A DNA stretch of 63,403 bases, counting the filler, from Stramenopiles sp. TOSAG23-6 (Eukaryota), in NCBI GenBank assembly GCA_900128565.1. It is 10 parts of 10 records of this genome, joined end to end, with 100 filler letters (N's around TTAATTAATTAA, not from the genome) between each part and the next. Parts side by side here need not be neighbours in the genome. Positions count along the whole stretch, not along the records: positions 1 to 8,507 come from LT636446.1; positions 8,608 to 17,087 come from LT636447.1; 8 more parts are not named here. The stretch is one strand, 5' to 3'. The notes beneath the pieces are model-generated. The model had not been told where the DNA came from and did not search any database. It was given only the letters and a program-made list of their open reading frames with translations. The translations under genes and the position numbers were made by a program. This document shows, in pieces, positions 1 through 10,287 of the stretch (the stretch's first letter is position 1; the number at the start of each line of letters is the position of its first letter).

Positions 1-606
1 CTCATGCGAGGAATGCTGCTTGAAAGCACCACGTTAGACCACTCCGTCATTCGTGAGAAATACTCCAGACGTTGCGTAACCTGAATTACTTAATGGCAAA
101 AAAATAATCAAATGTTTGAAATATTTTTTCACAATCCATATCGGAAAACAAAGTCAAAAATGTCTCCAATGTCAAACGGATTCAATAATTTGCGGGGGGA
201 GGACTTGTGGCATTTGCAAACTAGATTTTCCTGGTCATGCCAGTGATGCGTGTAAAAACTGTTTACAATCAAAATGTGCTCCTACATTATACGATTGTAG
301 TGGTCTTTCAAAAAATGAATACCCTTCACCGTGGAATTAGGGTTTACAAAATATTCAAAAAAAATTTAAAATTTTGTTAGGTACAAAATTTCGTACTAAA
401 AAACAATTTCAAAAAAAATAAAATAATACATGCCATTAAATTTGTGTGTGTTACTTAAAAACTTTATTTCCTTTTTAGACTTTCAAAACGAAAATCAAAC
501 TACGTAGAAAATTTCATCCAGAATTAGCGTCCTTATGCCGGATGCAAATCTGAAAAACAATTTTACGGCTAGTGTTAAATGATCATTCAGAAGAGACATT
601 ATACGA

Positions 607-1502
607 TCATTCAGAAGAGACATTAGGGTTAGGGAAAAGCATTTGGCGAACGACTGGTTGCAAATCTTGAAAAACAATTTTAAGACGTGATTCCAGTGTA
701 TTGTCACAAACAATGCGGTTAGAAGCACCAAGGAGGATGACGCCACCAGCGCCATTGTCTGGGAGGTAGTTGGAATCTAACCGAGTCGTAATTTTCACAT
801 CTCGGCCGCAATCTTCCTTCATCAATTTCGTATAAGCTTTTTCCGCTACCCTTGTTAGCTTGGTACACAATTTTAGATCACACTCTCTACACTTAATCTT
901 AACATTTTCTTCCATTAGCGTCACAAGTCCTTGTACCAATAACCTCTCGAGCAATTTTTCATACTCAGCACTTTTCGAAAACCCCACAAGATTATTTTGG
1001 GCCGTTGTCAACATATTACTTAAAAGCTCTTCACGAGAATTCATCTTACGCACAAGCTCTGATTGTGATGCTTTTGCTTTCATACTGTATGGTGGTTAAA
1101 TATATAAATCGTTTGAACTTTGTCAATTATTTTAATCATAGAATACAAAAATATTAGTAAATATTGACTGGTCCTGGGAAACATCAGAATATATATGATG
1201 AAACCAAACTCAAGGGAAAAAATATCCGAATAGTGGTATATTTCACTCGAATCGAGCATAATAATTCTGAAGTATGTATACAAAACACTTTACACTTACA
1301 TTCGCTTCTTTACGTTGAGGTCCTTCACCATCTGGTCATACTGGTCTTTGATAGACTGGCGACCCTGTACCGAAAGCAAAGATAATTGTTTATCTCGCTC
1401 TTGTTCCGTCTTTAACCTAATTTCTGCAACCTTCTCTTTTGCTTCCTGGTCAATAAAGGCACACATCTGCTGGATTTGCTTCCGAGCTTCTCCATCATTC
1501 AT
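607..1502 (-). CDS. ATP6V1E: V-type ATPase subunit E (2 exons: 1502-1300, 1084-607)
   Basis: MNDGEARKQIQQMCAFIDQEAKEK...GGVIL...RIVCDNTLESRL matches the V-ATPase E family; the exons join in frame as KKR-I-MKAK. Confidence 0.95.
1085..1299 (-). other. Canonical GT-AG spliceosomal intron (215 nt)
   Basis: GTAAGT...CCATACAG; removal restores the V-ATPase E frame; lacks the family core motif. Confidence 0.9.
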
Positions 1503-1838
1503 TGTGAACGTTGTGACTCCTGTTTTTATACTATATTATGAAGGCACACAGTTTTATAATTGCGTTTATTATTGATAATCAAATTAAGCTTGGCTTGGTT
1601 GGAGTGCTGGCCGGCAACTTGCCGGCGATGATTGGATGATTCGATTTTGACCGCATTTGATTTTTACCATTTTGAAAATTCATTACCCTAACCCTAATTT
1701 ATTTGAATAAATATCCTTTTATAGAATAATGAACCAACCCCACTCATAAATCCTCACAAATGATGATAATATTACACTTTATTATTTTTCAAGGATAATT
1801 TCAAAAAAATATTAATAAAAATAGCTGGACCAGTAATA

Positions 1839-3464
1839 TTACGGGAAGTGTTGAGGTCTTCCTGGTGTTGCTGGAAGTCTTTGTGGTGAGCCGCTCCATC
1901 GAAACATCCCATTACCAGTCTCAATATCACCTTTAAATTCACGCAAATNAGATGTTGCAGGTGAATTGGACACAAATTTAGGTAAAGTAGGTGCTCTGAC
2001 ACTTTCAGAATCCACAAAGAANTTCTGATGTTTTTTNGCAACGGGGGTAAGTACAGGTGTACTCTTCATGGGCATTCTAATCATACTCTTATCTTTCAAA
2101 TATTTGATCTGAAGTTTTTTCGCTACTGCTGATATGTCATGGTCTACTTTCTCAACTACAAAGGTTCTACTGTCTGTCGAATCATTGTTGATTTCTGGTT
2201 CTGGCGCTCCGACTACAACTTCAATTACATCTTCTTCGTCTACATCTACAATTTCAATTACATCTTTTTCGTCTACCGTACTCTCTGTGTGAAACGGTGG
2301 TAATTTTTTCAAATTTAGAATCCTATCATAAGATGGAATGGGCGCGGCTTTCCATCCACACCAAGATTCAACAATCCCGAAATTTTGTGGATCGGTTTGA
2401 AGTATTTTCAAATAGGCCTGATAGCGTGTTTGTTTCGCGCAAACTAAATCTTTCAGCTTATAAACAAGCTCTACGTCAGGAAGATGTTCATGGGCAACCA
2501 TCGCTACAGCAAGATTGTGATAGGCAGCATTTAAATTTCTAATATCTTCTTTAATATGTGGATCGCTGGCATCGTCGGATGCTAAAGACATTTGTTCGTA
2601 TCGAGAGAATTGAAAAATGTGTTTTTTTACATCGTCGTGAAATAATGAAATATTCACGATACTAGAAATTACTGCACTAACCACAAGCCAAGTTCGTCCG
2701 AAATTCCAATTGAAAAACAAAGATAGAATGAAACTAGTTGGTAAACTAGCTAGGGTAGTACTTATAATTGCGTTGAGACTTAGCATATTTCTTAGGAAAA
2801 TAATTACATACTCCATTGCAAGTAATCCCTGAGAACAATTAACTAAGGACCTTCTAAGTCTTCTCTTTTTTCCACCACAATTCTTTGCNAAAGGTTTCAA
2901 ANAATTCAATGATGGATATTTGAGTTTTCTTTTGTGAATCATCTGTGAAAATTTTGATATTATATTTGTTACATCTACACTACGCTGCGGAACGAGTTGA
3001 ACATCGCGGAAACTTTTTTTTACAGTAATATCCATTTTTTCGCCGTTTCGTAGTTCAATGTGAGCTTGATGGAGCGCCGCTTTACCATCTACCTGAATTT
3101 TCTGGAAATTGAAACTAGAATTACCCAATTTTTTGCGGTATAGTCTTTTAAATAAATCATTCAAGGTGTTAGATGAGAAATTATTTGACAATCCAAGTAT
3201 GCTTTTAGGAAGCTGAGAATTTGTAAAAGGGATAACGTCTGTATCTAAAAGTCCATCACGGATATTTATAATAGGCTGCAAATCACACACTCCAATAGAT
3301 AGAGAAATATGTGATTGTGGCTCTTGTTCCTTTTGTGTAGCATAAATGCTACACAAAAAAATATTATTTATGCCAATTGAAAACTCCAATGCTTTGATTG
3401 CTTCACACGGTGTTTGAAAAAGTGTAACGAGAAGTGACAGGAAAAGGATAGTATGCTTGTTCAT
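1839..3464 (-). CDS. Hypothetical secreted/membrane protein
   Basis: Long ORF with signal-peptide-like N-terminus (MNKHTILFLSLLVTLF) and a hydrophobic central segment. Confidence 0.6.
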   Translation of the reverse strand: MNKHTILFLSLLVTLFQTPCEAIKALEFSIGINNIFLCSIYATQKEQEPQSHISLSIGVCDLQPIINIRDGLLDTDVIPFTNSQLPKSILGLSNNFSSNTLNDLFKRLYRKKLGNSSFNFQKIQVDGKAALHQAHIELRNGEKMDITVKKSFRDVQLVPQRSVDVTNIISKFSQMIHKRKLKYPSLNXLKPXAKNCGGKKRRLRRSLVNCSQGLLAMEYVIIFLRNMLSLNAIISTTLASLPTSFILSLFFNWNFGRTWLVVSAVISSIVNISLFHDDVKKHIFQFSRYEQMSLASDDASDPHIKEDIRNLNAAYHNLAVAMVAHEHLPDVELVYKLKDLVCAKQTRYQAYLKILQTDPQNFGIVESWCGWKAAPIPSYDRILNLKKLPPFHTESTVDEKDVIEIVDVDEEDVIEVVVGAPEPEINNDSTDSRTFVVEKVDHDISAVAKKLQIKYLKDKSMIRMPMKSTPVLTPVXKKHQXFFVDSESVRAPTLPKFVSNSPATSXLREFKGDIETGNGMFRWSGSPQRLPATPGRPQHFP

Positions 3465-3885
3465 AATCAAGGAGAATGACAGAAGCAAAAGACTTTAAAA
3501 TACTGCAATCTTAATTACTTTGGCATGTACTCTATTCCAGGAGCTCTCTTTGTTTAATGTTATTTCTCGATGTCATTTTGAAACTAATAGTCCAACACTG
3601 ATATTATCTCTACTGTCAAATAGGGTATCTGATACGTGTGCATGTCAGTCCCTCGGGAGGCGCTAGCATTTTTCTGAATTCGAATTTCAAATTTAAATTC
3701 ACCGGTTGTTTTTGACAGTTATATTTATGGCCTCGGCCTCTTTCCCCCACTTGTGGTGTTCTACTTGTTGTGAAATTTCAAAATCATAAACAAAACTATA
3801 TCATGCCATTTTGAATGGCATTTCTCCAAGAAATGCATTTACAAGGTATTTCCTCTTAGAATTCACTTGAAGGTACTTTGCAGGA

Positions 3886-6428
3886 ATGTCGGAAGAAAAA
3901 TCAGCCCCCGCGAAGTTTCTGACACAAGCTTTGAAAACATTGACTCGTCAAAAGCCGCGTGCTTCTAAGTCTGAACAGACGAATATCTATGATACAGCAT
4001 CAGTGCCAAGTGCGATGGCAATTAGGGCTCGAATCCGGGCTGCTGATACGAATGTCTTGGAAAACAGAAAGAGTGGGCGTGATGAGTTTGGTCGTCCTCT
4101 GCAAATAAGTAGAAACGAAGCATGGGCAGAACATAGTCACAAAGCTTTGATAGCAACCCGTATAAAGGAAAGAGCAAGTAGAAAAGAAAGACGATTTCGC
4201 CGTAGAAAGAAAAACATCGCTCAGTCTGCTGCTGATAAAGAAATAGCAAAAGGTCCAGATGTTGTAACTCGCAAGGAAAGGGTAAGTGCATGGGATGGAA
4301 GTCGAAGTGATTCAGGAAGACTTCACAAGTGCCCTGAATGTAACTTTCATGGTACCAGAAGACGAGTTCGCGCTCATATAGCCACAACTCATCAACGAAA
4401 TATCGAGTCAATGCCTCGATGGGCAGAGGAAGTACCGATTTTGGATAAATTTGGAAATGTCGTCCCGCATCGGTGTGTGCTTTGTGCAAGAACCTTTTCT
4501 TCAAAACGTCACTTAGAAGTGCACGTCGATACCTCACACCCACAAATAGACCAAAGACAAATATTTTCCTGCTCAATGTGTAAATATTCCACATCATCAT
4601 CAAAAGGGCTAATGGAACATCAATTATCGCGACATCCTCGTTTAATGACGTATGAATGTACAAAACCAAACTGTGGTCAAAGATTTAGTACCGTCCGGGA
4701 ATTGCGAATACACAAAACTGCTCATAATATGGGCTCCGATGATGAAGATAACAAAAATGATAAAAATAATAAGGATCTACATCCGGAATTAAATAATGTA
4801 GCAGAATTTCCGGGTGTAAAAGAAATCAAAACTGGAGGGGAAGATGAGGCTTTCGAATACTCCAAAACTCCCATTCCTATACCCTTGCCAAGTACTGGAA
4901 TAAATCGACCAATTGATCCCCAAAAACCTCACCGATGCTCGAGATGTTTCCGAGATTTTCGTACGAAAGGTTTACTTGTGATTCATGATCGCCGGGTACA
5001 TCTAAAACGTCGTTCTGCGAAAGAAAATACTCTTAACCGTAGAGAAGAGCGCAAGTCTGAAAAGAGACAAGTCAAACAAGGATTAAAACTTCTCGATGAA
5101 GCAATTTTGTCTGTCACAAAAGAGATGAAAGCGGTAGATACAGCGAGAGGTAATAGACAACGCATTTTTCTGGAGAAAACACCTCGAATTGAGAAAACCA
5201 ATGATAATTGTAATAATAACAGTAATCGTAAACAAACATATCGAATTGAGAAAAACGATCATAATAGTAATAATAATAGTAATCTTAAACTGGATAATTC
5301 AAACAGCATCATGAGCGGAAAGTCCATAGAAACAAAAACTACAGAAGAAATTTCTAAAATGAAATTACGTTTCGACAAAATTCTTTCAGAGGAAGGTGAA
5401 AAAAATACCGCGAAAAAAACATTCGGTTGTAAATTTTGTGATAGGAGATTCAAATCAGAAAATCATCGCGATCTACACCAAATAAATTCGCATAAAGTAG
5501 AAGTGGATGAAACTCCAAACATAAAGGAAGTTAGTGAAAATATAAATAACAAACCCTATAAGTGTAATGTTTGTCATCGTAGATTCAAAATGATGCGACA
5601 TATGTATGTTTTATTTTTTTTCAAATTCGATATTTTTTTCGTACGAAATTTTGTACCTAACGATTTTTTTTAGATTTTTTTTGAAATATTTTTCCAAAAT
5701 ACATGCAACTTCATCAATCAACACATTCGGCTGTAAACCATAAACGAAGTAGCAAAATAATTAAAAAAGAAACAAACCCGCAGACTAGTGATAATACCAA
5801 AACAGAAAAACATGTGACATTTAATGATAGTGATACTATTATTCAACAGAAAAATAATGATGATAAAAAATCAAGTATCAAAGGACCTCCAAGTGTTAAT
5901 TCAAGTAAATCAAACGAAGAAAAATTTGATATAATGAGTTTAATGAAAAGAATGTCTCAAAGTGTTCCGGAAGGTGACGAGATAGCGGCTCTACAGGCAA
6001 AGATATCTACTGAAATGAATTCCATTGGATCTAGCTCTAATTTTGATATAAAATCATTACAAGGTATGTCTCATGGTGCTCAAATGCTTGGAAACTTCGG
6101 ACAAACAAATTTAGATGTGCCCACTGAGTTGCATTCAATGGATGATTTAAATATTTTCCGCTCCCGAATACAACAACAAGCCGCAGCAATGGCACCAATG
6201 ATGACAACCCTTGGCATAGATAACACAAATCCCATACAGCAAATGTTGGAAGGAAAAAACAAATATGCCATGTCTAATAAAGAAAGCAGGGCTGGTGCAC
6301 TTGCTACAGGAATGTCAAAAAAGTATAAGATGAAGTGTAGCGTTTGTCATAGAGGATTTAATTCCGAAAGGTTATGGAAATTACATGAAATGTCACACGC
6401 AAATAAGCAGCACCAAAAGCGTTTATAG
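3886..6428 (+). CDS. Multi-C2H2 zinc-finger protein (exons 3886-5603, 5705-6428)
   Basis: Many CxxC-x12-HxxxH fingers; the splice restores the finger CNVCHRRFKMMRHMQLHQSTH. Confidence 0.85.
5604..5704 (+). other. Family intron, GT-AT (101 nt)
   Basis: AT|GTATGT...TTCGTACGAAATTTTGTACCTAAC...CCAAAATACAT|G; removal gives exact C2H2 spacing. Confidence 0.85.
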
Positions 6429-6509
6429 CAAGTTTTGATGAATAAATAAATATCCTGAAAAATGATGTATAAATTTCGAATCAAATTTATTTTGCTTTTA
6501 TAGTTACGA

Positions 6510-8507
6510 TTATCTGATAAACCCAAATGTAGCGCCCCTACGAGCAGCCCTCCGCATTGCACCAAGAGATCGTTGGCCGGATTTCTTTTGCAAATTTGTG
6601 CTTTTGGCCACAGTATCACTTTCTCGTTCATTATCTCGAATACAAGTTTGTTTACACACATGCAAAAGGCTGTTATTTTCAATACCAATGCTGCCTACTG
6701 TATCAATTTCCTTTACAACANGCACAGACTGGTCGCCATGAAGAGCTGCTCGTAAAGCTCTCGATTTCTGGCTTTTATTTACAAGTATATGCTTATCCCA
6801 TACTAACCATATGCGTGACGTTAGACTATGTCCTCCAATCAACTCATACACCCGGTCATACAACTGTGAAATTCTTGTATTAATAGGCACGCACATTTGC
6901 CGAATTGTTTGAGTTTTATTCTGGGTAGGACTCATGATAGATGCTAGTTGAATTCTTATGAGTATACATGTTACTGATTCATTCCAATTTGCAGAAAACC
7001 CAAAGGATTTCTTTTTTGCTATGAAAGACAATAGCTTCACTGGTGTATTCTTTCGCTGAGAGCTAACTTTTATACTTTTTATGTTTTTTTTCGGTTGTGT
7101 TTTTCTTGTTATAATATCCTTATCTCGAGTGCTCAACTTGTGTATTCTTGTTTTGCCCTTTTCAGTTGTCACAGGAAATGTATTAATGGGATTTGTAGTT
7201 TTCATAATGATATTTTTACTATTAATATTATCATGAAGAGAAATGCTTTTGAGTTGTGATGATTGAATAGCCGCGTATATATCTGCTTTGAGAGACAATA
7301 CTTCATTTGGGTTGTGTAACTTTTTGAATAAATCCCATTTTTGGTCTATGGTGAGTAAATGTAACCAATTGTTGGAGACACATTCAGTCTTTACTAATGA
7401 ATTATTGGAAGAATGAGTATTACTCGGATTATTTGGATTGCTTACTATTTGTGTCTCTTCATATTCATTTGAATCACTCGAAAGAGAAGTCNCAAAACGC
7501 TTTATTTCATCAAGTTTTGAACCTTTGATTTGGGAATCAGGCGGGCAAGTAATTTTATTTACTAGGCATTTTTTCGATTTTATCCACGATTTTGTAGCCC
7601 CTTCAATAATATTTGCAGCCCATGTGCGTCGTCTATGTAATTGACCATCTCTTGACAACAAATATCGACGGCGGCGCGAAGATATATTACTCTGAGTATG
7701 AATCACTCTATTTGACAAATTTTCTTTATATACACCTAAAGATTCCTTTGCATGCAATAACAAAATTTTACTAGTTTCAGAAAGCTTCTGATTGCTTGTA
7801 GTCGCGTTAAGGTTTGCTTCAGACTCCAAATTGCAACAATGTTGTTCCATGTAGTGTACACCTATTTGCATCGCAGCAGATTCGGCATGTGCTTTAGAAG
7901 TACTAAAATCTATTTTTTCATGTAAATCAATATGATTGTAAGTGTCATTCTTCATTATATTCAAAATGTCTTCATAATTTGCTTGTGTGCGAGCTTGACA
8001 ATATTCTTTGATATTATGTGTTAATTGCCTGGCTTTGACCAAGTCTATTGACAAATGTTGGTGAGAGATTTCTCCAAATGATTTTAACTTACCATCGATA
8101 TCTTTTTGCAATATAATTGTCCGAGCTTTTGCTCTTTCCAAAGCTTGGTGTGCTAGTTTTGCATCTTTATCAGCAGTTTCTTTCAACGTTTTTGATAAAT
8201 CTTTCTCTAGAATAGATGCATGCTCTTTTGCTTTTATCATTGCTTGGTGTGCCAGTTTTGCATCTTTATCAGCAGTTTCTTTCAACTTTTTTGATAAATC
8301 TTTCTCTAAAATAGATGCATGTTCTTTTGCTTTTATCATTGCTTGGTGAGCTAGTTTTGCATCTTTATCAGCAGTTTCTTTCAACTTTTTTGCATGATCT
8401 TTTGCTTTTTCCAAAGCTTGGTGTGCTACTTTTGTATCTTTATCTACAGTTTCTTTCAACTTTTTTGATAAATCTTTCTCTAGAATAGATGCATGTTCTT
8501 TTGCTTT
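6510..8507 (-). CDS. Coiled-coil repeat protein, 5' truncated by gap
   Basis: Long ORF with tandem KETADKDAKLAHQAM repeats. Confidence 0.65.
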   Translation of the reverse strand, partial: KAKEHASILEKDLSKKLKETVDKDTKVAHQALEKAKDHAKKLKETADKDAKLAHQAMIKAKEHASILEKDLSKKLKETADKDAKLAHQAMIKAKEHASILEKDLSKTLKETADKDAKLAHQALERAKARTIILQKDIDGKLKSFGEISHQHLSIDLVKARQLTHNIKEYCQARTQANYEDILNIMKNDTYNHIDLHEKIDFSTSKAHAESAAMQIGVHYMEQHCCNLESEANLNATTSNQKLSETSKILLLHAKESLGVYKENLSNRVIHTQSNISSRRRRYLLSRDGQLHRRRTWAANIIEGATKSWIKSKKCLVNKITCPPDSQIKGSKLDEIKRFXTSLSSDSNEYEETQIVSNPNNPSNTHSSNNSLVKTECVSNNWLHLLTIDQKWDLFKKLHNPNEVLSLKADIYAAIQSSQLKSISLHDNINSKNIIMKTTNPINTFPVTTEKGKTRIHKLSTRDKDIITRKTQPKKNIKSIKVSSQRKNTPVKLLSFIAKKKSFGFSANWNESVTCILIRIQLASIMSPTQNKTQTIRQMCVPINTRISQLYDRVYELIGGHSLTSRIWLVWDKHILVNKSQKSRALRAALHGDQSVXVVKEIDTVGSIGIENNSLLHVCKQTCIRDNERESDTVAKSTNLQKKSGQRSLGAMRRAARRGATFGFIR

Positions 8508-8607
8508 NNNNNNNNNNNNNNNNNNNNNNNNNNNNNNNNNNNNNNNNNNNNTTAATTAATTAANNNNNNNNNNNNNNNNNNNNNNNNNNNNNNNNNNNNN
8601 NNNNNNN

Positions 8608-9944
8608 GGTGATAAGATAATGTCTGGNTTTTCTTCTTGTTTAATTGGTGATAAGATAATGTTTGGCTTTTCTTCTTGTGAAAAGTTCAATCGCTTTCTT
8701 TTATCTTGTACCAGTCTTTCCTGAAGCACATTCTGCGAATTATTTTTTTCTTTTTTTGACTCAACTGTGGATCTAATATTATTAGTCATTTGAGCATCAC
8801 ATTCCTTGGAAAATTCGTTCATATCATGAATCACACCAGTGAGACCAATATTGAATGCACTTGTATCCAAAATTTCACTACTGTCCAAATTTGAATGTGC
8901 AGTTGTATTGGATTTATTTCCGAACTCTTCATTTGCTTCTTTCACATCTTGATGTGTTTGATGATTTATTTCAATTTTGTCATTGATAACGTAACCGTCA
9001 CCTCCAAAAGAATTGTTTATTTGGATTTGAGTCTCTTCTTCATCTTGGAGTTTTGCTGAATTTGACCAATTTGCCTTTTCCCAATTTGCTTTCAATTCTC
9101 GATGACTTTTTTTTAGTCTTGCAATTTCTCTTTGTTGGGCCGCTACTGTTGCAAGTATCGCAGCTTCTTGCTGAGCAAATATTTTTTCACGATTACATCT
9201 CATCTTTTCGTCTTCATCTCTTTCGATTTCAATTGCTTGACATTTTTGTTGAACTTCTTGTTCTAGAGCATCTCTTTCTGCAATGAGCTCACCTAATTGA
9301 ACAGTCGCTTGCATTGCATTTTTCTCTTGATTTAATATTTTATTGTTTTGTTTTAATACATCTCTTTCTTCAATAACATTTGCAAATTGAGAGTTTCGTA
9401 AACTGAGTTTCGTTCGGAGTGATTCAGTTTCATGAATAACTTTTCTAATTTTTGTCGCGCTGATATTTTTTAGCGTGGAAAATTTAAGCTGCAAAAACTC
9501 CAATTCTTCACGATTCTTTGAATTTTCTTTCTGTGCAATAACGTTTTGTAGTTTTTGCTCTTCTATGTGAAGTTTATTCATTGAGGTAACTGTTTTTTCA
9601 CGAAGTTTATAACTTTTTATTTCACGTGTTTTTTCAGCAATTGTATCTGCATACTGTGAAATTTCACGCTTTGCTTCCGCCTGTTTTTGCTTAGATTCCA
9701 TTAATTCTTGATCATTGAGCATAAGTTGAATTTGGCATAAGTCAAGTTCATTTGAAATCTCTTTGTTTTGTTTGATCGAAGAAATTTTCCTTGGGTCATT
9801 TCGATGACCATGAGACTTCCAAAGAATTTGTGTTGCAGTTGCACGAGGACTACACGGGTGTCCGGATTGAACTTTATCTAAAGTGAAAGGTTCATCGTAC
9901 ATATGTTCCAGTGAATCGTCTGAAACCTCTGGAAACTCCATCAT
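8608..9944 (-). CDS. Coiled-coil protein, 3' truncated by gap
   Basis: Long E/K/Q-rich ORF. Confidence 0.65.
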
Positions 9945-10287
9945 TGACAGGATCTAATCCATTGGGCTCAATTGTTTTTCAATTCAATTATTCTATATTT
10001 ATTTTTCAGTAATTTTTTCGAAAAATTGTTTTCAAATTCAAAAATTCTCCAGAATCTGATTGATTTCGATTTTGACACGTGGCATAAATAATGTGGCATC
10101 AAATATCGCGGCAAGCCCAAGCGAATTTTTTTGAATTGAAATTTCGAAAATTTCTGTTGAATAAAATAATAATAAAACACACTAACGGGACAGAGAGTTT
10201 CATTTTTCGGAGCTTAAATCACATCTAATTACGCCCCAACTGCATTTTTGAACAAAATTTGTTTACAAACACACCTGAGTACGAGAT

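Noticed and set aside
116-340. Cys-rich exon preceded by a family-like 3' end (TTTTCACAATCCAT)
   Set aside because: The donor and core are not recognisable and the gene is cut by the window edge.
4022-4669. Antisense and overlapping ORFs in the track (this one and many similar)
   Set aside because: Shadows of real genes on the other strand or frame, with no recognisable motifs.
5636-5661. CRISPR-like interpretation of the recurring palindromic motif
   Set aside because: Copies are dispersed inside eukaryotic genes, not regularly spaced, and there are no cas genes.
5602-5702. Reading the family as U12-type AT-AC introns
   Set aside because: There is no ATATCC donor. In that register the ends vary (AC, GC, AT, GT), several copies would start CT/CA/TT/AA, and at 58097 it would break TPLHIA.
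8508-8607. N-run / TTAATTAATTAA / N-run motif recurring through the window
   Set aside because: Artificial six-frame-stop spacer used to concatenate contigs; gene adjacency across it is meaningless.
10073-10084. G-box-like TGACACGTGGCA in a divergent promoter (similar at 44380)
   Set aside because: Too short, and also found in coding sequence (57937); no supporting evidence.
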